DNA of 64,000 bases from Podarcis filfolensis (taxonomy: Eukaryota), in assembly GCA_964270895.1 (NCBI GenBank), contig OZ185435.1; one strand, written 5' to 3'. The translations under genes were made by a program, and so were the position numbers. The notes below the pieces were generated by a model that saw only the letters and a program-made list of their open reading frames with translations, was not told the DNA's origin and searched no databases. Below are positions 43,496-55,732 of the stretch, piece after piece; the first letter of the stretch is position 1, and every line of letters begins with the position of its first letter.

Positions 43496-46400
43496 TATAT
43501 ATATATATATATCATTCTCCTTTCTGTCCTCTCTGGCAATGCATTCTTTGCTTTTTTCTTAGTTTTAATAGCCTTTTCTAAATGGTATGTCTTCATATTT
43601 TTTGCTCTTGATGCTTTTCAATTTCTAGCTTCAGTTTTAAACACCAGAATTTCAAGCTATATTTCAGGGATAATGCTTTAAGCAAAATATTTGTTCCAAC
43701 AATAAACCCATGTCTAAGAAATAACAATTACAATTCTGTAAAACACTCAAATCCTTTTGATTCTTCATCAGCTCTCTTAACAAATATTTGGGCAGTTTGA
43801 AACATCACTGGTGTAATACTGCCCCCTTTTATTAGAAATGAAAAGCATGCTGGACACTTGCAATCTGTTTGAGTCACATGGTTAATTCAAATATATGTGG
43901 CTGTATGACAGTATTTAAATTAGGCATAGGATTAATAATATTGAGCCATGAGAACCAAAGCACATTGTTCAGCTGCAGTGTGTGAGGCTTTGTCTTAAGT
44001 TTGCTTTTATATCATGGCATGGGAGTTTCTTGCTCTCTTTTGTATGCAAACACAGTTTTGAGAGAAAAGGTTTGGCTTCTTCATATGCATTTAATTACCA
44101 TGTTTGCTTGGAATAGATATATAATATTTCTAAATCAGTTTCGCTCCCCCCCATATAGAACAATGGGCCACACTGCTGTTTTTGGCGGCCTGATCACGAA
44201 TTAAATTTTCTTTTGAATAGCTAAATGATTACAATACCGCTCACACACGCTGAAGTGCTGTGCCGAATGTATCTGATGCAATTAGAATTTGATCATGTAG
44301 AAATGCAGAATGGAGCATCTTATGGAAAGGTGAGCCCTGTGACTTTAGCAGTGTCTTTTAAAAGAGATATTGTAGTCATGGAGACTTTCAGCAAACAGGT
44401 TTACATTTGTGGTTCCATTTAAAAATATTGTGGTGATAGCACTGCTAGAAATAGCCTAATTTCAGATGCTTTCATGAAAGTTATCCTTTATATAAATACA
44501 TAATCCTGAAGAAATAAGAGCAGTCTTAAGGCCTAATGTCCTGCTTAGTGGTGGACTCTGGTCTGGGAACCTGGGTGGTGGCAAGGGGAAGGCAGAATTT
44601 GCAGTGAAGAAACAGAAGGTATGAGAAGGGTGCTTAACCCTTTCCTGCCTACCACGTTCTCCATGCAGCTTCCACCACCCCACCAGCTACTTTCCCCTAG
44701 CAGGATCTCAGCGTGTTTCTTTGCTGCATGGCAGGCTTCTACAGGGACCAGATCTAGGTGGTTGGCCATGCATTAAAAATAGAGAAGTGGTCAAGGTTGA
44801 GTGTTTTGTTTCTGAAGTTGTCTGGTGACACAGTTACATACACACTCTCATTCACCCTCCCAGGCACTTCATTCTCTAGCCACCACATCCAATCTCCCCA
44901 TCACTCCCCCGCTGACACACAACCTCCCTCCCTCTGAAACACATGATTAGGAGCATCGCAACAGCAATAACAGCTAGACCAGCCACACGGGGAAGGAGAC
45001 AGGTTGAAGTCACACACCCATGTTTCTGATGTACAAAAGATTGCTCGTCCGTCAGCGTTATTAGCAGACCCTTGGTCATGATGTCTTTGGTGGAACCCCA
45101 TCCTCAGTCCACCATCCCTTTTAGCGCACTCCATTCCTCTCCACCATCACTACTGCTTTCCTTGCCTCAGTCTCGCCCACTGTATGGAGACTTAGGTCCA
45201 TCCAGTCCCTGCTGACACCTAGAGGAAGAGGGAAGGTGGAATCACCTGCGGTGCCTTCCCTCCCTCTTTCCTTTGGAGAAGCAGCAGCGAAGGACAGGGG
45301 CTTTGGTGGTTGCCAACAAGCCTCTTGTGGGGCAGGGCCCTTGACAGGTACCGGGCTATCCCAGCCCTGAGAAATAGGAAGCCACAGCCAGATGGGGTCC
45401 CCTACCCCCCCAAATCTTACTCAGACTCCACACCAGGCATACTTGAAGTGGTATAAATATTGCTAATCTCCAGTGTGATCTTTTCTTGTAAGGAAAAGAG
45501 CTGGTTGAAGTATGTGTGAATTTTTTGTCATGCACATTCCTTTATTCCGGGCTTGATGTAACTTTGCATACAATAATGCTGCTTTTCTGACACTAGCAGC
45601 AAGCAGCACTTGTTTTCTTCCTCGAGGCAGAATTAATCACAGGAAAACACAGCAGTTATTGTAAATACAAGGGAAGAACATGGCATAGTGATGTTAGCAT
45701 CATTATTCCATTGTCATCCACCCTGAGTCTTTAGAGGCGTCTTAGTCTTCCTTCTGAGCATTTCCAAAGATTCCTGCATATAAACAAAGTGTTGCTAAAA
45801 CATGCTTCAAACAGACAGCAAATAGCACAGAACTGGGCAAATAAACGCCTAAGCAATTCCCACTCCCTCTCTGCACCTAGGCTAAATGCAGATTGCCATT
45901 GCAGCAACAAAAAGCGCATGTACATTGTATAATTTTTCCTTGGGGTGGCATTAAAAGTGGTAAAGATAGTTCTGTAACTGACAACTTAACTTGATATTAT
46001 AAGAAGCACAGAGGTGCTGCCACTCAGTCTCTCTCTCTTTCTCCTTTCCTGTTGTGTGTGGGTCATAGATAGATAACCAACGGTCCTGCAAGCAATTTTT
46101 GCTAGGCCCAGCTAGGAGGCAGGGCTGGAAGCAGAGGACTGCTGTAGGTAGTTATTTAATAAAACAATTTCTTCTTCTCATTAAGCAGAGAACATTCAGC
46201 TTGCTCATTTATGGAATGCTGAGGTTCCTCATGTGAGTTCAGGTCCTACCTCTTGAAGTTTTCCAACCAAATCATCGAATTTCCCAGCCTTAAAATGGAA
46301 CATTACACCCAAATCCTCTCTGGAGGGTCAGGAGAATCCCCAGGACAGTGAGGTGGGGAAGAGAGTGGAATTGGCAAACAGAAATGCTTGCACTGATGAA

Positions 46401-47948
46401 ATAATTGGAAGGGTGCGGCAGTGAATTCCTCCCTGTTGCTTCGATTCTTTGAAGTACACACATAAGGGGGCTGTGGAGAATAATTTTCTCACTCGCTTCC
46501 CCCCTCCTGCACCCCACCAATATGCCTTTCATGATCGTTCAGGAGCCTTTCTGAATGGGGTGGGTTATGGCTGACAGGGGAGGTGGGAACTACTCAGAAT
46601 TGGTTTCAGGCAACTTTTGTGAAGAGGGGGCCGGAAAGTATGATGTGATGCAGCCCCGTTGTTTGTTGTTTCATCCCTGCAGCTGACAGCAAATGGTGTG
46701 AAGTGAGGCACAGGACAACACACAGTGCAGTGACTTAATATCGCTCATTGTATTCATAGAGACATTACGAGAAAGGAAGGAGACCAGGAGCAACAGGAGC
46801 TCTGTCTGTAACATCTGGTTAAGTTCTGAAACACAAAGAGATTGCTTTTGCAAACACTTTACAATATCACTCTTAGTGAAGGTAGAATATATGAATCTGC
46901 AAATCAATATTTTTAGTTATAAGCATGCATCAGCTCCTACTTCCCTCTCAGGTTTCAGACTGCACAGATTATTTGGAGCATCTGTATTGCCAGTCAGCTT
47001 AACTGCTGATGTAACTATTATTAACAATGGAATGGGGCAATCAGTTAAGCATTCCTGATTTTTGAGAGAGAGAGAGTAGTCCTAACGATTTTTTAATCAG
47101 AAGTAAGCCTGTTTGATTTAACTGAAACTTAATTTATGGGTGTGAATTTCAGAACTCAGAGGCTTAGAATATGAACCCCGTTTTAAAATTGGGTTTCATT
47201 GCAAACTAGGTCCACACCTATTTCATACCTCAGGCCTAACTTGGAGTAGGTTCTCAACTCTTTGAACCAGCTCTTCTTGCCACTTCACCATCCTTCTCAA
47301 GCAAAGCTATTCTTGAAAAGTTAGGAAATGGCTGTAGGGAGAGCTCACTTGAGATAGGAGGGGCCTTTTCGATTGCATCATTAAGGCCTGATGGGTGCAT
47401 CCTTTCTTGCTGTAGTATATAGCTGATGCAATTCCACCTGCCTCTCAACCTAAATTATTGAATTGGGAGCCACAGGAGATTTAAATCCCATGCACACTGG
47501 CAGGAAATAATGCTCAATAACATGTGCAGGAGCATCCAGACCTTAAGGATGAAGCCTTCAAAGCCTTTTCTGTCTCCAGTGAGTCTTCACACTGCCAGTT
47601 TCTCCTTCATAAGGGTGAGTTTTTGGGGGAGTAGGACACTAAGAAAGAAGACTGGGATACACACATCTCTATACAGGAAAGCAAGAGGCATTAACATAAT
47701 TCAAAAACACATTCTAGCTAGATAAAAGCACTTGGCGGTTGGATAGCATGGCTGGTGTGGCCTAGAGAAGGGGTGAGACCTAAGAACAGTTAGACAGAGA
47801 TGTCTGCCGGGCCATATTTGGCCCCTGGGCATGGGATTCTGTCTATTATGTAGTTTTACTGCCAAAGTGAAGCCGTGTTAGTACCTGTAAACTGCATATA
47901 TTTGAAACTGCCTGGGAAATTGCTGAAAACACTTTGGAGTATCTAGGG

Positions 47949-48083
47949 CAGTGATGGCCAAACTTGGCCCTCCAGATGTTTTGGCCTACAACTCCCATCA
48001 TCCCTAGCTAACAGGACCAGTGGTCAGGGATGATGGGAAATGTAGTCCCAAAACACCTGGAGGGCCAAGTTTGGCCATCACTA
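47949..48083. mobile_element. Palindromic hAT-type MITE (135 bp), same internal family as 2670-2805, opposite orientation
   Basis: TIR CAGTGATGGCCAAA, 8-bp TSD ATCTAGGG, shared core CTACAACTCCCATCATCCCT. Confidence 0.92.
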
Positions 48084-49491
48084 ATCTAGGGTATGGGTGT
48101 TAGAAATTACTATTAAAATAACAGCTGCAGAAGTCAGTAATTACCCATGCCTTGTCAGGATGGTATTAAATGGAAAGGTCTCCTCTAAAGTAATACATTT
48201 CCAGATCCTAATGCATGGTAATAATATAAAGTTTGTCCAATATAAGGTTTGTCCCACATAATTCATCATCAGCCTATTAAATCCTAGTATCCTGACATTG
48301 GCAGTGGCCCAGATGCAACCAAGTGAAACAGTCCTATAATAAGTGCTGATAATGAAAGGAAAGGAACAGCTCAGGAAGGATGGGAGGCCATTGTGTCCAT
48401 AAGGTGAACAGCTTATACTATGAAATAATGTTTCATCAAACCTTTGCTGCTTCTAAATTTATTTACCAATATAAAATCTTTGAAAGTGCTTACTTATAGT
48501 TTAGGCTTCAGATTGGCAGCCTCTGTTTAGCTTACAATGCAGCATGTCAAAAACTCCCCTTTTCTCTTTCCTTTCACTTGCTAAGGGGCTATTTCAGTTG
48601 GCTCAAACCTTTCACTCTCAAGACCAGTAGAACTAGATTAATTTCAGCAGAATTAATGTGTTACCCTTTTGTGAGAATTAGTCTGCGTGAAGTTTTGGCT
48701 GAACTATAGAAAATGATACACTTCTCTTATTTGAAACAAAGGGTTAATCCCAAAGTGTTTGGCTACCGCTATGGATCATGCTTTTGTGCATAAATAAAAC
48801 TATGGGAACCACATGAAAGCAGTGGTTGGGTTACCACACAACTGGATATGCTTAAAACTGAATGCTTCATAAGTCTAACTACTGGGGAGCTGCAAACTTT
48901 ATAAATAACTTTGCAATTGGTTAAAACCATATTAAAACCAGATGAACAAAGACACAACGTGTTCTATTTAAAGCAGGGGGGGGACGCAGTTCAGTGAGTG
49001 CAATAATCTTGATGAAAGTAATCTAACTGGAATAGGTCTATAATTTAGAGGTGATGGCAAGTGTGGCAGTAGTTCAGGATTTGTGACTATATGCTCAGAG
49101 GTGTGGAGGACTTGAATCAAAAAGTCTTCCTTAACAGAGAAGCAGATGAGGTTTTCCACCCCCAAACAATGTAACTTAGGGGGAGAAATACCGTTATTGT
49201 CAATCCCCCCCGCTCTTCCTCCCACCTGCAGCTTCAGTCTTCATTAAGTAAAGTGCTTTCTAAATTCTTTGGTTTACAATAATTAACATTTGTTCTGTTC
49301 TGAACCTTGCACAGTACTTTTGCTAAATATGGGGTTGAATCCAGAGAGCCATTAACAATGTGGGAGGCTGTGGGGGAAGGAGGATACATGTATTTACGGG
49401 AATGCTGTTACTCTCTATGAACATCTGAAGAAGGAATGCCCAGTTCTCTTTTAAAAACCCAAGACAGTGCAAGGAGGACAGTGACAGGTGG

Positions 49492-49638
49492 CAGTGGCGT
49501 AGTGTGGGTTGTCAGCACCCGGGACAAGGCAAGTAATTTGCACCCCCTAACCCGTGGATTTGCGCCCCCTAACCCTAACCCCCAGATGTTGCGCCCGGTG
49601 CGGCCAGCCCCCCCTGCACCCCCCACGCTACGCCACTG
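49492..49638. mobile_element. hAT-type MITE, 147 bp
   Basis: TIR CAGTGGCGTAG / CTACGCCACTG with 8-bp TSD ACAGGTGG. Confidence 0.9.
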
Positions 49639-50105
49639 ACAGGTGGGGAGGCTGAAGCAGCCACACTGGTTGCACAGCCCTAAAGCCACTGCTATACACC
49701 TTTTCCCTGTTTTGGGTGAATTGAGAAGAATATACACCTGGTCCAACTGGGTGAATATCTACATCCTTTGTTCAACTGATATAGCATTTGGATTGTGAGG
49801 GCCACACATGAATCCACTGAATTATTGGAGTCATGTATCACAAGCCAAACTTTGCTGCAGCTCTATTGGCACAAGGGACTTCCATGTGCAATAGAACTTC
49901 TCAGACTCTTCTTCCCTCCAACCCCCTAGGTGTCTACAAAATTAGCTCCATGGGATTTAGGGACCATACAAATTTGAAAGGGGAAGGAAACAGAAGCCCT
50001 TTTGCACCAATGGACACTGCATTGGATACAAACCATCATTTTGTGTTTCTCTTTCCCATTTTTGTGAAAAATGAGCCCACCTCTTCTAATCCTGATACTT
50101 ATATA

Positions 50106-50341
50106 CAGTCACACCTCAGGTTACAGCTGTTTCAGGTTGCGTTTTTTTGAGTTACGGACTGCCGAAACCTGGAAGTACTGGAACGGGTTACTTTTGGGTT
50201 TTGGCGGTCGCGCATGCGCAGAAGCGCTAAATCACGCTTTGCGCATGCACAGAAGCACCGAATCGCAACCTGCGCATGCGCAGACACGGGTTGCGAACAT
50301 GCCTTCCTCATGGATCACGTTTGCAACCCGAGCGTCCGCTG
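50106..50341. mobile_element. Tc1/mariner-type MITE, 236 bp
   Basis: Imperfect TIR CAGTCACACCTC...GAGCGTCCGCTG, TA on both sides; internal GCGCATGCGC repeats. Confidence 0.8.
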
Positions 50342-50405
50342 TATAAATAATCCTGCACATTTATATAGACCAATATTAATCACCACATTTATCAATTTAT
50401 CAGTA

Positions 50406-50630
50406 CAGTAGTACCTCGAGTTACAAACGCTTCAGGTTACAAACTCCGCTAACCTGAAAGAGTTACCTCGAGTTGAGAACTTTGCCCTAGGATGAGAACG
50501 GAAATCGTGTGCCGGCGGTGCAGCGGCAGTAAGAGGCCCCATTAGCGAGAGCACGCTTCTACTTAAGAACAGTTTCAGGTTAAGAATGGACCTCCGGAAC
50601 GAATTAAGATCATAACTAGAGGTACCACTG
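50406..50630. mobile_element. Tc1/mariner (Tigger-like) MITE, 225 bp, same family as 4869-5093
   Basis: TIR CAGTAGTACCTC...GAGGTACCACTG with TA TSD; colinear with the 4869 copy. Confidence 0.9.
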
Positions 50631-51189
50631 TAGCTGCATGGAGGGTGCAGCTGATGATTTTGTGTTGAGGCCTATTACATTGCTTGCAAAACAATTAATA
50701 GACAACAATTTCCACGGCACTTACTTTGGTCTGATAAGAATCCTCACATGTCCATTTTAAATGACTCTTGCTGTGCCTAGAATATTGTCAGAGATTCCAA
50801 GCATAGAGTGATTTAATTTGCTCATAGCCACTGCCACAAAGTAATGGAAAGTCTTTGGACAATGCACAAGTTGACCTTGCAGAGAAAAATGGAGGTATTT
50901 GTAAGTTTTTCCAGAGCACCGTTATTTGTGCACTAGTTTGGAAAGGAAATCTATATGCCTGAAGCAAGCACAACTATGTTGTCATGGCTACCTTAAGCCA
51001 CTCGCTTAAAAGTCTGGAGTTTTGTCCTCCATTGTTTTGGGATTTAATGCCCACAGAATTCTGCTATGAGTGTAGAAATGACAAGCACTTTTTCTAGAAA
51101 AATATCTAAATAGGTTTTGAAAACATTCCCCTTCTGTTCATTTATTATATCTGTACTTGAACAGAGGAACATACATACACACATAAAAC

Positions 51190-51570
51190 ATTTTATTTGT
51201 ATGCTGTCAAGGTGGCTCACAACATGAAAAAATGTACATAATTACAAATATAACAAAAGTAGTCGTAAACAATAAATAAAACACACAAAAAGTACACACA
51301 ACCAAACTGAAAAAAATTCACATAAATCATAGCAACTAAAAATGTAGATACAAAATATGAATGTCAGTAACAGCCACAACTGTCCACCCAACAGCCCCCT
51401 TAAACAATTCCCTAACCAAAAAGTCTGTTCAGCAGCCTTGGCTTTTGCAGCTGGAGTCAGTAAGGGCCCTGCCTTCGCAGGCCAGTTGGGAAGGTCTTCC
51501 AGGACTCAGCCAATATGGTCTAGGGAAGGAACAAGCGGGAAACAAGACACTGGTGTTATTGTTTCTTGAG
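51190..51570 (-). mobile_element. Decayed L2-type LINE 3' end
   Basis: A-rich tail region, then AAAGTCTGTTCAGCAGC...AAGGGCCCTGCC...GGGAAGGTCTTCCAG. Boundaries approximate. Confidence 0.45.
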
Positions 51571-52187
51571 TGGGCTTAATATGGAATAACTTAACTTTAA
51601 TGTATCGTGCATGTAAAGACAACATCCTGGAATTGTCTGCACACTTTGCAACTGGAATACTGTCCGCAGAGTGTGTAACGGTCCCAAAGGCATTTACTCT
51701 GTGGCTTCTGTAAATGACCCACATTAACAAGGAGTCTCAAAATTGGCTCTTGAAATAAATGTTGGTAACTACTAAGTTAGACTCTTGAAATATTACATCA
51801 TTGTCCAACTATGTATGCCATTTTCCACTTCAGCGTCTGCATACATAGCAAGGGGGGGCGGCGGGAACGACATGTTGAAATAATTTGAGGAATGGTTATA
51901 GTCTGATCAGTCTTGGTAATCCAAAAGGGAGGGGGCCTGGTGTATTATTACATTTCATATATTGTTTTTCAAGAGATGAATGCAATCAGTCATCTTCTTT
52001 CATATGGTTTAAAAACACACACGCACAAACCCTTGCCTTGCTGGCAAATAAACTGTTATTTAAGTACACAATCCACTGCTGTACTGAAACAGTTTTGCCA
52101 AACTTGTCCAAGTATTCTCACATGCTTAAAGATGGTATAAATATCATTTATAGCAAGCCGTTTACTTCAGACTATATGGAATGGTTT

Positions 52188-52399
52188 NNNNNNNNNNNNN
52201 NNNNNNNNNNNNNNNNNNNNNNNNNNNNNNNNNNNNNNNNNNNNNNNNNNNNNNNNNNNNNNNNNNNNNNNNNNNNNNNNNNNNNNNNNNNNNNNNNNNN
52301 NNNNNNNNNNNNNNNNNNNNNNNNNNNNNNNNNNNNNNNNNNNNNNNNNNNNNNNNNNNNNNNNNNNNNNNNNNNNNNNNNNNNNNNNNNNNNNNNNNN
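52188..52399. other. Assembly gap (212 N)
   Basis: Run of N. Confidence 0.99.
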
Positions 52400-55300
52400 A
52401 CACATAAATTTGGGAGCAATTTTACTGTTAGCGCACACATTATTATGGAATAGCCAATAAGTGTATAAAACATAGTATATAAAATTTTATGAAAATATAT
52501 TGTGCACATCAAAAATTCAGCTTTTACCTAAGTGCAGAGAAAAGCCATTATTATGTGCTTACTGTTATCATTACTTTTCTTCCCCGAGATCACAATTTTA
52601 TATTTATTCTACTTAGCTGAAGTTTCCAGCAGCCTTCTCTTTCTCTCCCTCTCCCCCCCCCCCCCGCCACCCACTCTGATTTTTCCAGTGGATGAGCAGG
52701 CTTCTTCCCCTACTTCCTTCAGTTGACTACACTAGTCCATTTCCCTTTTACACCCAGGAGGAAAGCATTGATCATTCCCACCACAGAAGTGTGGAGGAAG
52801 TTATTAATTTAATGCAAAGTTAAAAATAATGCTTGAGTAGGAGACTGGTTTGGTGACTCTGGAAATAAGGGGATAATAATCTCACAGTCCATCTGTCATC
52901 ACTGGGGTTGCTCCATCATTGACTGTGATAACATGTGAATATGACGGATGGCTCAGCTTTGTGGCTTGGAACATTTAACATTCATCAGTGCTCACTAAAG
53001 GGGGCTTTATCATTTAAATATCTTTATTTAATATGCAACATCTACCTCATAGATCATCATTTCAAAGCACTTAACCAACGGTCCTGCGACACAGCGAAGC
53101 AGGCTTTAATTTTTTTTCAATAACTTTTATGCTGCCTGCATGTTTGTGCCTGACAATGCATAAATAAGTGCCTAATCGTGTCACTGAATGGAAAATGAAG
53201 GTTCGGTTGTTAGTAAAACGAATCCCGCCCCAGTGTGTTGTCATCCCAAAACCACGAAAGTAGCAATGAGTAGGTTTTTCTGTATCTCCAAGAAGCCAAG
53301 AGTCCATTTTGTACTTAGACATAGACTGTGTTCTTTAAAAGCATTAGCCCTCTTGGTTTTCCAGTAATCATGATCTGAGTTAGAATTCTGTTCTGTGTTC
53401 ATTATGCCCCGTGGTGTAATGCACTTAACTTTACTCAAGATATATGCTCAGGGCCTTATGCCTACAAGAAGCAGTTTAGTTTGAAATAAACAAAAAATGA
53501 GCTCAGGGTTTCCTGAGGATAAATAAGCTATCTCTATTATGTGTAAGACAGATGTGTGGTTTTTTAAGTAAGTAATTTGTTAGTGTATGTGTGTAAATTT
53601 TCACAAGTATATGCTATTTTCAGACATGAATATGTATTCATATGGACATGCATGCTTATAAATAGGAATTTAAATAGAATTTGGGAAGGTGCATGAGAAC
53701 AGCGTACACAACTGAACGTATTTTAAATATACAGACCATTTCCTATTAATGAATTTGCAGTTTGTACTCCTTTATAATTTGCTTAGTTTAGTTCAATTAC
53801 AGATGTATTATTTACCTGACTGTGATCCCTATGTATGTTTACTTGGAAATAATTCCCTATGTTCAACTGGGCTTTCTCTCAGGTAAATATACATAGGAGT
53901 CCAGTCTAAATTGCTCTTGCCTTCAGAAATACACTTAGGTTTGTATTTACCAATTATGTTGTAATAGATTTTTTTTTATTTACAGCTTTCCTGAAAATTA
54001 GTTACCATTGCTATGAGGTATACTTTAAGTGGAAAAATGAAACCATACATACAGAATTGTAGCAGTCAATATATTTCAAAAGAATGAGACATTGAAGGTT
54101 ATTACAGAATCACAGATTCACCTCAATTCTTTTAGGTATTATTACCATGTACGCTTCTCTTCCTCCCAGTTCCTGAGCCTTATCATGTAATTTTCCCTTT
54201 TCTCTTTCAGTGTCAAAATATTGATATTCTTTCAGAAACTTTCTTTTTAACACAGAATATTTTCTGGAGAAAATCAAAGGGAATGAATGACTAGAAGGAT
54301 ACTTCAAATGTGCATATTGATACATAGAAGGTTCTGTTGATTTTTTTTTTTTAAGTGGAGTGCTATTTTCCCTCCCCCCCCCCCCAAAGCACACACTTAG
54401 GTTTTTGCCATGAAAATTGCAGGTGTCACATTAACACTCCTTATAGAAATATTTTAAATGCAAATATTAGAAAAAAGAAAGAAAAGAAACACAGTGTACA
54501 AAATGCCAATTACTTCCCAACTGCAGGAACTTAAAGAAAGGTCTAATCCAACTCTTCTATTTTAAATGTGGGTCCCCGGGGGACAGGGGGTAGAATCATT
54601 CCTTTGCACCAGCAAAGCAAGATCCGTTCCGATAGTGAGGTATTACTATTGGACCTTATAGCATTCCCTGCCTGTAACCAATAGTTATGTTTCTTCTCAG
54701 TGCTCTTTGTTTCAGTATTTTTGCATATCACAACAGCATTATCTCAATACACGTTATAGTGGGAAATTAATAATGACAATATAGTTTTTCAGCAAATGGG
54801 AGACTTCAAGAAACATTGAAAACGGTTGAGTGTTAAGGTTATGCAAGCAGAGTGATTCAGTAAACAACTGTACTTCAATTTAGTGTAATGTTGGTTCCCA
54901 CCCCCTGCCCCGCCTGCTATTATTTAAACATTTTAATATTACTGCACGTCACCCCCAATGTCTGCCCAGCGATGCAAAACTGGGGTTTGTGTTTCCGTTG
55001 GAAAATTAAGGCACATAAGAGGCTGTAGTGTCTTGTAGTGGAAATATGGTTTATTTATACATATTCACAACCTGCATCTAGATAGAGTTCCCAACACTAG
55101 CATCACAAGAGAGTCCTTTGTTGCCCTCCTAAGCAGCCAGCTCAAATCTACAAGTAGATGAATCAGCCATGCTGTCTGTTCCTGTGGCAATGTCTTCTTC
55201 TTCAGCCCCGTATGGCATTCTCCCCACTTCCTGCTTCTTCTTCCCAGAAACTCCTTGCCAAATACCCCCTCCCCCCATTAACATCATTGCCCACTGCCAC

Positions 55301-55583
55301 CCTGGCAACCTCCATTTGCCCAGACTCAAAAACCTTGCTTTGATGTGATGATAACTAGATATCAGCACCTTTGTACTCCTTAACAACTTCCCACCACATG
55401 ACCTGGCCTGGAAAAGAAGCTTAGTCTGCATTTTTACACAGTGCCTGGCACCTTCCCTTAATACTCCAAATATTAGCTAAACAATATTTTAAGAATCTAA
55501 ACATCTTCTTGCAAACTTGGTTACAGAGAACTAATTAGTAAGCAATTGTTTTCTGAAAACGATCTGACTAGAACAGCAAATCC

Positions 55584-55732
55584 CTCCTGGGATAGCTCAG
55601 TCGGTAGAGCATGATACTCTTAATTTCAGGGTAGTGGGTTTAAGCCTCGCACTAGGCAAAAAGAGGGGGTTGCAGGGGGTTAGACTAGATGACCCTCAAG
55701 TCCCATTTCAGTGCTACAGTTCTATTATTCTA
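55584..55732 (+). mobile_element. tRNA-Lys(CUU)-derived SINE with CR1-like 3' tail
   Basis: Head TAGCTCAGTCGGTAGAGCATGATACTCTTAATTTCAGGGTAGTGGGTT resembles tRNA-Lys, with a decayed B box; tail GACTAGATGACCCTC...TTCTATTATTCTA. Confidence 0.8.

Noticed and set aside
55584-55660. tRNA-Lys(CUU) gene
   Set aside because: The B box and acceptor stem are decayed and it runs straight into a CR1-type tail, so it is a SINE head.
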